A stretch of 63,966 bases of DNA, counting the filler, from Octopus bimaculoides (lineage: Eukaryota), in NCBI RefSeq assembly GCF_001194135.2. It is 4 parts of 3 records of this genome, joined end to end, with 100 filler letters (N's around TTAATTAATTAA, not from the genome) between each part and the next. Parts side by side here need not be neighbours in the genome. Positions count along the whole stretch, not along the records: positions 1 to 31,525 come from NC_068983.1; 3 more parts are not named here. One strand, given 5' to 3'. Shown here one piece after another: positions 12,367-24,519 of the stretch. The notes beneath the pieces are model-generated. The model did no database searches. It worked only from the letters and a program-made list of their open reading frames with translations, and was not told the DNA's origin. A program made the position numbers and the translations under genes. The first letter of the stretch is position 1. Each line of letters opens with the position of its first letter.

Positions 12367-13338
12367 ATGGAGGTAAGCAGCGAAAGATCTAGTCGAACAG
12401 ACTTCTTTGCCACTGGAAAGTATCGATTAGTGCGGAAAATTGGCAGTGGGTCGTTCGGTGATATTTACCTAGGAATCAACATAACAAATGGCGAGGAAGT
12501 CGCTGTTAAATTGGAGTCGATTAAAGCTCGACATCAACAACTTCTCTATGAAAGTAAGCTCTATAAAATCTTGCAAGGAGGTGTTGGGATTCCCCATGTC
12601 CGTTGGTATAATCAAGAGCGAGATTATAATATCCTTGTTATGGATTTATTAGGACCGAGCCTTGAAGATTTGTTTAACTTCTGTTCGAGACGATTTACCA
12701 TGAAAACTGTATTGTTGATTGCGGACCAGATGATTGCACGAATGGAATATGTTCACAACAGAAATTTTATTCACCGAGATATTAAGCCCGACAATTTCTT
12801 GATGGGAATCGGACGACACTGTAATAAGTTATTCATAATAGATTTTGGTTTGGCTAAAAAATATCGCGACAGTAAGACACGACAACATATTATCTACCGC
12901 GAAGATAAAAATTTGACCGGAACTGCTCGTTATGCTAGCATTAACGCTCACTTGGGAATCGAACAGAGTCGTAGGGACGATATGGAATCCCTTGGCTATG
13001 TCTTGATGTATTTCAATCGTGGTAGCCTTCCTTGGCAAGGTCTGAAAGCGGCGACCAAAAAACAGAAGTATGAGAAGATAAGCGAGAGGAAAATGTCTAC
13101 TCCCGTCGAAGCCCTGTGTAAAGGCTTTCCAACAGAATTCGCTATGTATTTGAATTACTGCCGTGGATTGCGTTTTGAGGAAGCTCCTGATTATATGTAC
13201 CTCAGGCAGCTTTTCCGCATACTTTTTCGTACTCTCAATTATCAGTACGATTATACATTTGACTGGACAATGTTGAAACAAAAAGCTACAAGCAACGTAC
13301 AACAGCAAACAGCCACACAAGCTTCGGCTGCTCGTTAA
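12367..13338 (+). CDS. CSNK1A1: Casein kinase I isoform alpha, intronless 323-aa ORF (probable retrogene or natively single-exon gene)
   Basis: Complete kinase domain: IGSGSFG loop, [53 protein letters not shown], and alpha-specific [14 protein letters not shown] and [22 protein letters not shown]. No introns, stops or frameshifts. Confidence 0.97.
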   Translation: MEVSSERSSRTDFFATGKYRLVRKIGSGSFGDIYLGINITNGEEVAVKLESIKARHQQLLYESKLYKILQGGVGIPHVRWYNQERDYNILVMDLLGPSLEDLFNFCSRRFTMKTVLLIADQMIARMEYVHNRNFIHRDIKPDNFLMGIGRHCNKLFIIDFGLAKKYRDSKTRQHIIYREDKNLTGTARYASINAHLGIEQSRRDDMESLGYVLMYFNRGSLPWQGLKAATKKQKYEKISERKMSTPVEALCKGFPTEFAMYLNYCRGLRFEEAPDYMYLRQLFRILFRTLNYQYDYTFDWTMLKQKATSNVQQQTATQASAAR

Positions 13339-13684
13339 AAAAAAACCTATTTTTGAGAAAGCTCCGAGCGAGGTCTTGATTTTTAAAAAAAAAAGCACCA
13401 ACTTTGTTTTTAATACCAGTCTCGTGTGTCATACGTAAGACATTGGAATATAAACTTGCTTAATCCATTGTAAAAATTTAACCAAAGACTGGTTGAAAAT
13501 TCCTTGTAAATATCAATTACAAATCGGGAGGAATGTATTTTGGATATAAAAAGAAAAAAGTCCTAACAGAATTAACTTGGTTAAATACAAATACCATCTT
13601 CTTATCCGTCTGTTTCTTTTTACATGTACGCATACATTCTTACTTTCTCTCCCACCCACTCATCCTCTGATAAATATTTTTAAC

Positions 13685-13862
13685 CAGACAGTATAAGTGC
13701 TTTGATGGTCAAAGGAGTTGATGTGATCATTCACATTGTTTGTTATAACAATAATAAAATCGGTGAAACATGCTTTTGTGGATACCAGTATCAGCATCAA
13801 ACCAAAACTGTCTTTGAGACTTGAATCAAATGGTTGCTGGAATTTTAATTGAGCAATCATTC
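13685..13862 (-). CDS. Internal coding exon of same host gene (MIAQLKFQQPFDSSLKDSFGLMLILVSTKACFTDFIIVITNNVNDHINSFDHQSTYTV)
   Basis: Acceptor tttccattttatacctgtag|, joins in frame (A|GA = Arg) to the 16711 exon, open for 58 codons. Donor |gttaaa is weak, so the 3' boundary is uncertain. Confidence 0.55.
13753..13758 (+). terminator. Candidate polyadenylation signal for CK1alpha
   Basis: First canonical AATAAA after the stop codon, followed by a U/GU-rich stretch (catgcttttgtgg). Confidence 0.4.
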
Positions 13863-15048
13863 CTACAGGTATAAAATGGAAATATTATTTTAGAGAATAA
13901 GAGATGATTTTATCCTTCATACAGAAAACCAAACTGAAATAAATTTTAAGGGTTTCTACTTGTTCGTTTGATGCTTTTGTTAAGGTAAACTATTATTCAA
14001 TGAGTGTAATAAGCTGGCGAGGGATGAAATTGATTTAATAAACTTCAATAGTGTACGTACATCTCATATAATATATATATATAATGTACATATACACACT
14101 GAAGATGGATCGCAATAATTTTTAAGATGGTGTAGGCTTAACCGTTGAATTTTTATACGCATCAAACGGATTATATATATATATATAATTCGTATGAGCA
14201 GAAGGCTGAGTCGTCTGTGGAATGATATAAATAAGAAGCTAGATATGACCAAAGTTGCTTCGTTCTTAAATAGTTTTGGTGCCGACTGCGGGAGTTGGGT
14301 GGCACCAGCTGAATGTTTTGAACTTTCGCTCTTTCACTTTTTCTTTCTTTCTTTGACTCATTCTCCCCTTTAAAAAAAATTGTCCCTTTAAGGAAAAAAA
14401 GTGTTAACCTGCTCCATTTAATGTATAACCTGATTTTTCTGTGTAATGTTTTATTTATATCCTTCTACTTGCATCATTTCATAGATATTTTTTGTGATAC
14501 CCTGAACAATCTTCAGCTTGAAGTGAAATGTAAATTGTAGGTGACAAAAATCTTGATTAAATTTTCCTTTCTCTTTATTTTAATCGTTTTATAATTCTGT
14601 TCCGTATTTTAATGTTTATATTTTATGTACACAAGCCTACTTCATTCACACTCACACCGTGACACTAAAACTCACATACACAAATCCTATAGTAGTTAAA
14701 GATATTATTAAAAAAAAAAAACAACAAATCTTTCTGTTGTTTAATGTTATTGTTTCCTGATATTTTTAATATTGTATAAAAATGATTTCTATGTTTAACT
14801 TGCGTTGTTGGACGTGACTAATTGTTTTTGCTCTCTTACATTCAACCTCATATTGACATTAAAATCCCAGTCTGCGACTATAAAACAAGCGCAGTTGTCT
14901 TCTGGTTTTAGGAATCATTTAGTAAATTACATAATGTGTGTTTGAATTTTTTTTCCTTTTAGTATTTGTATATTTTAGTAAAATAAATGGGCGCGTGAAC
15001 AGTACTGAATCCAGACATCAACTGGCTATCGAATATCACTGATATATA

Positions 15049-15098
<50 letters not shown>

Positions 15099-16710
15099 GT
15101 GTATATATGCCTGTATTGTTTATTCACATATTGGTCGTCAGCTTGAACAAGATTTCGGCCATTTACGAAGAAAGATATCCACCTGCTAATGCAACAGGTA
15201 TGTACAGGTACGCCAGCTACGCCCCAATGTATAAATGTTACATGTTTTGGAAATCAAGTTTTTTTTGTTTGTTTTGTTATGATTGTTTATTCATGGTGTT
15301 AACATTGTATTAATATTGTTTCAATATCAATCTTCTCTTTCACAAACACATTACATATATAGGGGTGTGGGGTTATATTTGTTCGGAGAGTATGTGTATC
15401 TGGTTCGAAAGGATATTTCGCTAAAGGGAGATGAAATGTAATTGTCAACTTACCTTGTAACAGTATTACATGAGCATAATTTTAGAAATATAATCCTATG
15501 TGCATATATTACGTATGGCTACACATACATTCTGGATGTATATATATATATAAATATAGACAGTTTTTGTGTGTACATATATATGAGTATATATAACATT
15601 TTATACATGTGTATACATATAATACACATTTGTATATATATATATATATAGTGTGGGTGTATATCTATTTTCTTTATTGGTCTGATGTGGAAGAATGAGC
15701 TGTGCCTATGGCCTTTGCATGGCCCTCCGAGACCAGTGAGTTCGGTGCGGTTTGAAGTTCTTGATCGCATGCATTTATGTACATACATTTTGTGTATATC
15801 TATAATATATATATATATATATATATTCATATATATGTATATATACACACATGCTCCTATGTGTGTATAAAAATATTAAGCACTTATGTGTATAAACATT
15901 TGTGTGCATGTATGTATATATTCATGTAATTGTTGAATAGGTTTGTGTGTATGTGTGCACACATGTAACAAACAGTTTTATGTGTATGATGTAATAAAAT
16001 ATTATATACTCTATGCCCTATATATTTTTTTTATATATCTTACGGCATTTATATAAATTGTATTTCTATGATGTATAGTAACCAATATTCCGATACTTAA
16101 ACTAGATTAAAATGTTTCCAGTATTTTTGTTCTTGAAAAATTGTGAAGTATGTACTTAATAGTTTGACTTGACGTCTGTCAAAAGAAAATATTTGCTTTT
16201 TCATAAATCTAATTGACCTCTTTTAGCAAGTACAGCATACTAACTAAACATTTCATGCAGAGTTGATCTAAGGAAGTGAACTAATCACATTTTAAACTTC
16301 TTTCAAACCAATTTTATCAGAAACCTCCAACTATACNNNNNNNNNNNNNNNNNNNNNNNNNNNNNNNNNNNNNNNNNNNNNNNNNNNNNNNNNNNNNNNN
16401 NNNNNNNNNNNNNNNNNNNNNNNNNNNNNNNNNNNNNNNNNNNNNNNNNNNNNNNNNNNNNNNNNNNNNNNNNNNNNNNNNNNNNNNNNNNNNNNNNNNN
16501 NNNNNNNNNNNNNNNNNNNNNNNNNNNNNNNNNNNNNNNNNNNNNNNNNNNNNNNNNNNNNNNNNNNNNNNNNNNNNNNNNNNNNNNNNNNNNNNNNNNN
16601 NNNNNNNNNNNNNNNNNNNNNNNNNNNNNNNNNNNNNNNNNNNNNNNNNNNNNNNNNNNNNNNNNNNNNNNNNNNNNNNNNNNNNNNNNNNNNNNNNNCT
16701 CTACTCTTAC

Positions 16711-16896
16711 TTTCATAAATTAAAGTTAGAATCATATGATGACCTCCTTGGATAAAAGAACCAAGATTATAAACCTTTAATTCTGAATTGTTAGCATCTT
16801 TAAGTAATTTCGCAACAGATGTTTTCCAAAATTTTCTTATAATTCCCAAATTGCTCCAGAATAATGCATGAAGAAAAATTTGTGGATCTGAAATCT
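16711..16896 (-). CDS. Internal coding exon of unidentified minus-strand host gene (ISDPQIFLHALFWSNLGIIRKFWK...HHMILTLIYE)
   Basis: Acceptor cttgttttacctcctag|, donor |gtaaga, 186 nt, open frame, phase 1-1, protein-like composition. Confidence 0.65.
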
Positions 16897-17132
16897 CTAG
16901 GAGGTAAAACAAGGAGGATTCAAGAAAAAAAATGATGAGAGGCTGATAGTTAGAATGGAGTAGATAGCTTTCCCCCTATTCTTTGTCTGTAAAGTGACGC
17001 TGTATAGACAATATATATTGGAACATTAGTTTTTTTAATTTCTCTTCTAAAAGTGTTTGAAAAATTGTTTCAAATACCATAGATTGTAGAGCACAATTTA
17101 TTCTTTGTTTCGCATATAAAATATTAAATGAC

Positions 17133-17290
17133 ATGGTTGTGTGGTAAGTTTGCTTCTTGGCCACAAGGTTCTGGGTATCAGTCTCAATGCATGGCAACTT
17201 GAGCAAGTGTCTTCTACATCCTCCGGTTGGCAAAAGCTTTGTAAATGGATTTGCAGAAACTGAAAGAAGCCTGTTATGTGTGTGTGTATG
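17133..17290 (+). mobile_element. SINE family A, head
   Basis: gttgtgtggtaag..gcaagtgtcttcta..gaaactgaaagaagcc. Confidence 0.7.
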
Positions 17291-17322
17291 TATATATATA
17301 TATATATACATACATACATACA

Positions 17323-18900
17323 CAATGGTGGGCACAGCTAACAGTAAAGTTGGTTTTGCTAATCTGCTAACTAAAGTTAGCTTTACAAACACTAAACTCC
17401 TAAACAGGTACAAAAAAATTAGAAGCTAATGCTAACTAATAACTGCTAACTTTTATATGAATTTAGTTTCAGTTTTGGTTTTTGGCTCTAAACCCCCTTA
17501 AAAACAAACCTAGGGAGCTAAAACTTTCATGTTGTAGCTTAGAGAGAGAGCTTTCCAAAAAGGTATAGCATGCCATTATCAGATGATGATCAAGGTGTAT
17601 TACTCTGGCTGGGCCTTCTCCATCGCTTTGACATGATGCTGGTTGCCCTTCATAAACATCAGCCTCTCAAAGTTACCATTTGATAGGGTAGCTCTCTTGA
17701 CCCTCAAAATATCTTTGCCTATAGAGAATAGGTGCTCAACTGCAGTACTGGATGGGATGGCGGTGTACTTGGTGAACAGGTTGATCAAGACCTGCTCCCC
17801 CCCCCAAAAAAAAGGCGACTTCAGTCAGAACCTCCTTTGAGACAGTCTCCAGCCAGGTCTTTACCAACTTCAGTGACCTGTGGCTGCTGCTCTCATGGAA
17901 CCTAGTGATGTTGCTGAAGAAATCTTCCTCATCCACATTGCTGGTGGTGCTGCTGCCCTCATTGGTCTCCGTTAGAGCTGTCTCTATGACAATCTCAATG
18001 GTGTTTGTTACTCTGCTAACCTGGCTGTTATTATACTGATCCAGCCAAAACAGATGGAAAGCAGCAGTCAGCTGGCACTCTGGGTCTTCGAGGAGGAGCC
18101 CAAACCTTTTTGTGATACCTGCCAGTATTGTGTCTACAAGAGAACTACAGTACAGGAAATGTTTAAACTTGGCTTCCTTCAACCTCATGAAGGTAGCCAC
18201 TACAGTTGGCGGAATGCTCCTGAGATAGGCTTGGTCCTCCCCTGGACTTTATCCAAGGCCTTGGCAACATTGGACATCACCTGGACGTACTCTGGAAGCC
18301 GACATCAGAATCAGTGAAGATGTACTCAACTTTGTCCACATCTCCAACCTCTGGATCCAAGTCCACATCCAGATCGGTAGCAGCCACAGGATTTTCTGAC
18401 AAGAATTCCGCTTTTGTACCAAACTGCATAAATACCTTCACAAAATTTTTGCCATTGTCTGTTGTGCTCTTGCAGATGGAATTTGTAATGGGTGTCCACC
18501 ATGGCCTGGGCGAAAAACATTAAAGGTGTGAGGTCCTCTTGAGCTGAGAGCAGACCAGGACAGTGTGTGTTTTGGATCCAACCTGTATGCCATCATCCCC
18601 AGGTAGGACCTGTTTTGCACCAACCAGCAGTCCTCAGTGGTCACCACCCAGGGAACATCCTTGCGCAATCTGTAATTAAAAAATGTTAAACTGTAAAGAG
18701 ACATAAGTTGTAAAGTTAAAAACTTGAAATTATATATATATATATATAAACTGACATCTCTATGTAAGTTGCAATGGTATTTGTGAGCACATGGTTTGTA
18801 TAATTTTTCATGGGTAGGAAGGAGGCAGGATATTTGATTGCAGTATCTTATAACCATATTTTGTTTATAGAAATCACAGATTGTAGTTCAACATTTGTTA
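17323..18900 (-). mobile_element. Tol2/hobo-like hAT transposon, 3' part (decayed transposase)
   Basis: Terminus CAATGGTGGGCA with gctaac subterminal repeats. Translated fragments VVTTEDCW..RSYLGM, EYVQVMSNVAKALDKVQGE and the hATC dimerisation motif AIPSSTAVEHLFSIGKDILRVKRATLSNGNFERL. Intron acceptor near 18670. Confidence 0.85.
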
Positions 18901-19115
18901 CTAGCCTGTTCTAAATTCATGGAAATATTGCTTATAATTTAGTCTTGTTATTAAACTTGAAAATGGTGACACTACCCTGATAGGTGATGCGTTGGGTGGG
19001 GATGAATAACCTAGATGGAGGAAGGAATGATGGTCGGAATTTGATAAGTTCAGAACTTAAGTTTCATTCATTTGTTATTTCATTAAAGACTGCTGTGCAG
19101 ACTTAATCATGAGTG

Positions 19116-19155
<40 letters not shown>

Positions 19156-19284
19156 ATATATTATGACATTTATTTCAGTTAGTTATTGTACATTTTATTG
19201 CATTAATTAAGAAGAAAATAATTAATAAATGTGTGTATTTACACACACACACACACACTCCTATCATTATCATTTAACGTCTGT

Positions 19285-19510
19285 GGGCATCCGGCTTTAG
19301 AAAGCTTGCCACATGAATAGTGCTGCGCGTATGTATATACATTTTTACTACACTTTTGTAGTGGTTGGCGTTAGGAAGGGCATCCAGCTGTAGAAACTCT
19401 GCTCGATCAGATTGGAGCCTGGTGCAGCCATCTGGTTCGCCAGTCCTCAGTCAAATCGTACAACCCATGCTAGCATGGAAAGCGGACGTTAAACAATGAT
19501 GATGTTCCAT
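19285..19510 (+). mobile_element. Short element sharing the RTE tail (aggaagggcatccagc...ggacgttaaa)
   Basis: Same 3' motif as 22840-22970. Confidence 0.6.
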
Positions 19511-19533
19511 GCTAGCATGGACACCTACATATA

Positions 19534-20050
19534 TAGTGATGGGCACGGTTCCACTAACAGCTAATTAGTGATGCTAACTTTCCGTTTAGCAGATTAGCAT
19601 TTTCGCTAACTTTGGAAACTGTTAACAACCAATTAGCTTCCACTAAATTTAGTTCCACTAACAAAATTCATACATTTGTTCCTGTCTGTTGTGGGCGTGT
19701 CTCAAAGAGTCCATCAGGTATGTTATTGGCTGACTACGTGCACACATGACAACATGTGATTGGTCAATGCAGCAGTAGCTAACTGAGCAGCATTGTGTAA
19801 TTCTGCAGCTTTGACCTGTGTTCACTTATGGCGTTGTCACATTACAGACAGTCTTTCAGTGTCAGTGAGACATCAGTGTATGTTATTGGTTTATCAAGTT
19901 ATTGCTTATCGTTATGAAAGATGAAAACGTTTTTGTTTGGCCTGAGGATGATGGGCCTGTTGGGGCAACGGCTGTTGGTGAGGCAGAGGTCACTCAGGTT
20001 GAGAGCTAGGAGTCTCAGAACCCGTGGCCCCACCTGGAGGACTACTCTGT
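19534..20050 (+). mobile_element. hAT 5' end: TIR, CCAAT-containing leader and N-terminal coding start
   Basis: TAGTGATGGGCA terminus, gctaac repeats, ATG at 19914 giving MKDENV...ES*ESQNPWPHLEDY, resembling the HPWPYLREF motif preceding the Tol2 BED finger. Confidence 0.65.
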
Positions 20051-20149
20051 GTGTGTATGGATGTATATATATGCATAGTGTTATAAATGCAAAAAAGACA
20101 GGCCTGAAAAAACAAAGAAAGCAGAGAATTATATCAGGTAGCCAAAAGG

Positions 20150-22970
20150 GCAGCTAGGCATCAGGTAAACATAGCAAAAAGACTAGCTGAAGGTAAGAGA
20201 TTAGCAAATATCCTACAACATGAGGATCAGTGGCATAAGGGGTTCAGGATTGCAAAGCAGTGTATCAAAGAAAATAGAGATGTGGAATGTGTACAAATGG
20301 AGAATGGTATGACTTGGAGAAGAAAGATGCACGGAAGTATCACTATAAAAGGTTACTAAGCATGGAAAATGAATGGGAGGAGAGTTTACCAAATATCGAA
20401 CCAATTGAGGGACCAGCCATTAGAGTTGATGGCAGCATAATGGATCAAGCAATTAAAGACATGGAAAGCCCCTGGGCCATCAGGAATCACTGCCAAGATT
20501 ATTAAAATTTCCAGTAGTGTAAGATAGAGCTTAGTCACTCGTATAATTAATCAGGTTATTCAGGAAGGGACCATCCCCAACGACTGGTGTAGTAGCTTTA
20601 TAGTTAGCTGCTACAAAGGTAAAGGTGATGCCTTAGATAGAAATAACTACAGAGATATTAAACTACTAGACCAAATTATGAAAATTTCTGAGAAGGTTAT
20701 AGCTCAATTGATTAGAAATAGAATTAAACTAGATGAGATGCAGTTTAGTTTTGTACCTGGGAAGAGTACAACAGATGCTGTCTTCCTAGTGAGACAGCTG
20801 CAGGAAAAGTAAGAAGGCAATGTACTTAGCCTTCATTGACCTGGAGAAAGCTTTCAACAGAGTTCACCGCTGTTATATGGTAGTCTCTAAGGAAGTTAGG
20901 AGTAGAGGAATGGCTTGTTGGAGCTGTCCAAGCCAGGTACAGTGGTGTTGTCAGTAAGGTGAGAGCCAGCCATGAATACAGTAATGAATTTAGCATTCAG
21001 GTAGGGGTTCATCAGGGCTTGGTTCTCAGCCCACTCTTATTCATGATAGTCCTCCAGACCATAACAGGGGAATTCAAAACTGGGTGGCTGTGGGAATTGC
21101 TATTTGCTGATGACCTTGCTCTTATTGCAGAATTGGAGAAGAAATTCCAGGTTTGGGAACAAGGCCTGGAATCAAAGGGCTTTAAAGTTAACCTAGCTAA
21201 GACAAAAGTTAGTAAGAAAGAAGATAAAAGGTGCAGTGGAATCACAGGTAGATTAACAGATGAAGTAGTCTTTATATATGTGCAGATGTGCAGGAACAAT
21301 AAGCACTAAGAGCACATGGAAATTAGATTCTCTCAAATGCTCAGGAGGCTCTCTTGAGGTTGTAGATAGTTTTTGTTACCTAGGTGACCAAATAGCAATG
21401 GTGGAGGATGCTCTGAAAGTATTGTTTCCTGAATAAGAATAGGGTGGAGGAAGTTCAGGGAGCTATTACCTCTGTTGGCAACAAAAGGACTCTCTCTCAG
21501 AGTGAAAGGTAGAAATGATAACTTATATGATGCTTATGTATGAACGGCTATGCTCCATGGTAGTGAGACATGGGCTCTGAATGCATAGACTGGAGAGAAA
21601 CGAAGGTAGTATGTTCTGTTGGATGTGCAACATCAGAGCACATGGACAGCAAATACATTGAGAGAAAAGTTGGGCATAAGAGGAATCAAATATAGCATGC
21701 CAGAGAGAAGACTATGTTGGTTTGGACATGTGATGCATATGAATGAGGACAGCTACATGATCACTGAAAGTGGATGGTACTCATGGAAGAGGGAGACCAA
21801 GGAAGACATTGGATGAAGTAGTAAGGACCAATCCCAGGAAGTTGGGCCTCACCAAGGAAATGACAATGGACTGAGATGTCTGGCAATATGAAGTTTTTGA
21901 GAAGACCCGCCCATATCAGCGAAACTTGAATTGTAGAAGCGCTGTGTGTTCCACCCACACTTAACAAGAAAACTTCTCACGCACTGTACTACAACAAACT
22001 AACCTACGTCTCTACATCTCTTTTCTTCCTCACATTTCCACTTTATATACTATGATTACCTCCCAATCCCCGTGCCACTGTATCATTGCTCTCTACTTGC
22101 CCCCAACCTGTGCCTTCTACCCACATGCCCTGTCTCACTCTATTATTGCTATCTGCTAGCCCCTGATCTGGGTGTTCCACCCACATGTAACAAGAAAACT
22201 TTTCCCTTGCCCTACCCCAACAAACCAATCTACACCTCCACATATCCCCTCTTTCTCACATTGCCTCCTTCATACACTCCCCAATCATGTCCTCACACCC
22301 CTGTTCCTCTATATCATTGCTATCCAGTAGCCCTCCCCCAACTCTGTATATACCCAGATCTTTTGCCACTTACTCGCACTCTTTAATTACACTCCCTTCG
22401 CAATATCCTGCCACTAATATAATGGCATTTGAACTTCAAGGGTATGCCCTGGCACTTGCCACTGTCTATATCTTTCTCTTCCTTTACTCAACCATCCCAT
22501 TTTTATTCTCATTCCTGTTCCTTGTGAGTATGTCCAGTATTTTTCCACCATCTCTATCCTGCTATCTCCCACCCCTGCACTTCCCTCAGGTTGGGCAAAT
22601 ATGTATTTCCTTTGCGGTAGCACACTTGTTTCTGTCTTCATTCCTGATCTTTCTCTCTCTGGCCAGGTAACCTTGTACTTCCTTAACAGCAAGACACCCG
22701 TACCTGTTTCACTACAACCTTTTTGTCATTACCTCCTCCCCTCTTAAAAGTTTTTTTTATGCCTTGCAAGTAGTTGGTGACTGTGTCAGTGCAGGCACCA
22801 CTTAAAAGCACCCAATCCACACTGTTAAGTGGTTGATGTTAGGAAGGGCATCCAGCTGTAAAAATTTTGCCAAACAGTCACAAAAGTCTGGTACAGGCCT
22901 CGGCCTGGTCGGCTCTTGTGGCGCCATACCACCCATTCTAGCATGGAAGACGGATGTTAAATGATGATGC
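20150..22970 (+). mobile_element. RTE-clade LINE, 5'-truncated and decayed, with ~1 kb pyrimidine-rich 3' region
   Basis: RT motifs YKGKGDALDRNNYR, QFSFVPGKSTTDA, AFIDLEKAF, GVHQGLVLSPLLF and LFADDL with stops and frameshifts. Ends in aggaagggcatccagc...(ATG)n tail. Confidence 0.85.
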
Positions 22971-23083
22971 TGTATATATATATATATGTATGGGAGAATT
23001 TATGAAAAAAACAACAACAGACGAGGACAGGTGGTGTAAACAACAAATGGATGTATTAGTTTAACGCTCGGGAATAGAGAAAG

Positions 23084-23120
23084 TCTTTAACGTTTCAAGC
23101 TACGCTCCTCAACTGAAAGG
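23084..23120 (-). ncRNA. Degenerate copy of the 43124 hammerhead motif
   Basis: CCUUU-CAGUUGA-G-GAGC-GUA-GCUU-GAAAC-GUU-AAAGA within a homologous short element (22985-23190 vs 43030-43230). Confidence 0.45.
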
Positions 23121-23192
23121 AACACAGAAAGAAATAAGGAGAAAAACAATATAAATGTAGTGGTCAGCGATCTATCATGGCGAATGCCGGAC

Positions 23193-23234
<42 letters not shown>

Positions 23235-23256
23235 ATCAGAGGCAACTCCACGTCAC

Positions 23257-23379
23257 CAGTGTCACTTGGACTCATCACAGATTTTGCATAAGACACATGC
23301 CTGCTCGAAGTTCCTGCTTTATTTCTAGCCCCAAATAGCTTATTTTTTTTTATATCTAGCACACTGTCTTTCGCCATTT
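23257..23379 (-). CDS. Candidate exon of host gene (MAKDSVLDIKKNKLFGARNKAGTSSRHVSYAKSVMSPSDT)
   Basis: Acceptor ttttatttttacccttaacttag|, donor |gtgacg, 123 nt, phase 1-1, in frame with the 16896 exon. Confidence 0.45.
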
Positions 23380-23550
23380 CTAAGTTAAGGGTAAAAATAA
23401 AACAACCCTGCAAAACACAACTGAGCTTTACACACTGATGCACAGAATAGCAGCAATCAAATAATGACAGCAAAGAGCACCACGAACATCAGCGATCTGA
23501 CTGTTACCTGTACTTTTGACAAGAGATGCGAGTTTGTATTTTACACCTAC

Positions 23551-23595
23551 CAGGCTCGTTCGTGTTAGCCTGAGTTGCTGGATAATTTTTCATTC
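23551..23595 (-). CDS. Candidate 45-nt exon of host gene (MKNYPATQANTNEP)
   Basis: Acceptor ...attcttaaag|, donor |gtaggt, phase 1-1, in frame with the 23379 exon. Confidence 0.35.
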
Positions 23596-23738
23596 CTTTA
23601 AGAATATTGTAGAATGGAAACTTTTCACAGGTTGGAGTTTAAATCCTAATCCCTATAGCAATTCATTGTTTTAAGAAAACATTGAATTTGAATTACTTTT
23701 AATTTTTATGATTATAGATTATAGATTTTATGATTATA

Positions 23739-24122
23739 GGCGCAGGAGTGGCTGTGTGGTAAGTAGCTTGCTTACCAACCACATGGTTCCGGGTTCAGTC
23801 TCACTGCGTGGCATCTTGGGCAAGTGTCTTCTACTATAGCCTCGGGCCGACCAAAGCCTTGTGAGTAGATTTGGTAGACGGAAACTGAAAGAAGCTCGTC
23901 GTATATATGTATATATATATATGTGTTTGTCCCCCTAGCATTGCTTGACAACCGATGCTGGTGTGTTCATGTCCCCGTCACTTAGCGGTTCGGCAAAAGA
24001 GACCGATAGAATAAGTACTAGGCTTACAAAGAATAAGTCCCGGGGTCGATTTGCTTGACTAAAGGTGGTGCTCCAGCATGGCCGCAGTCAAATGACTGAA
24101 ACAAGTAAAAGAGTAAAAGAAT
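23739..24122 (+). mobile_element. tRNA-derived SINE family A, near full length
   Basis: ggcgcaggagtggctgtgtggtaag..ggttccgggttcagtc head, internal (TA)n, ...gactgaaacaagtaaaaga tail. Confidence 0.9.
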
Positions 24123-24519
24123 AGATAACAACTCTAGCTGTAATTTTTGAGCCCAAGTCAGGTGCATGTGAACAATGTCAAGAGAACATCTGCTACGAAT
24201 GATATTTTTTGGTACAGGGCACCTCTAAGACAACTGCCAGACTCTGAATAAAAATAAATGAACTGTGACCACCAGGCTCAATAAAAGGAGCCTGAGTTAT
24301 TGGCTGAAATGACATACTTGAAGTCAGTGTTGGCAGAAATTAAATCAGCTTGCAAATACATGTTCACTTTACTAAATCTATACTCGGGCTAAGCCTAAGT
24401 GCTAGAGTTACCAGTGATGTGTGTATATATATATATATATATACATATATATGTGTGTATATATATGTATGTATATAATAAGCCTATTTTCCTAGCATTA
24501 ATAGACCAAGAGGTCTTTG

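Noticed and set aside
12829-13401. 190-aa minus-strand ORF overlapping CK1alpha
   Set aside because: Antisense shadow of a conserved coding frame, with no recognisable motifs.
14195-14315. Two GC-rich hairpins separated by an ANANNA-like box (H/ACA snoRNA?)
   Set aside because: No ACA box after the second hairpin, and more simply 3' UTR or intronic sequence.
15107-15197. Possible plus-strand exon with signal-peptide-like start and |gtatgt donor
   Set aside because: Isolated, no compatible partner exon found, and lies in probable UTR/intron. Too weak to call.
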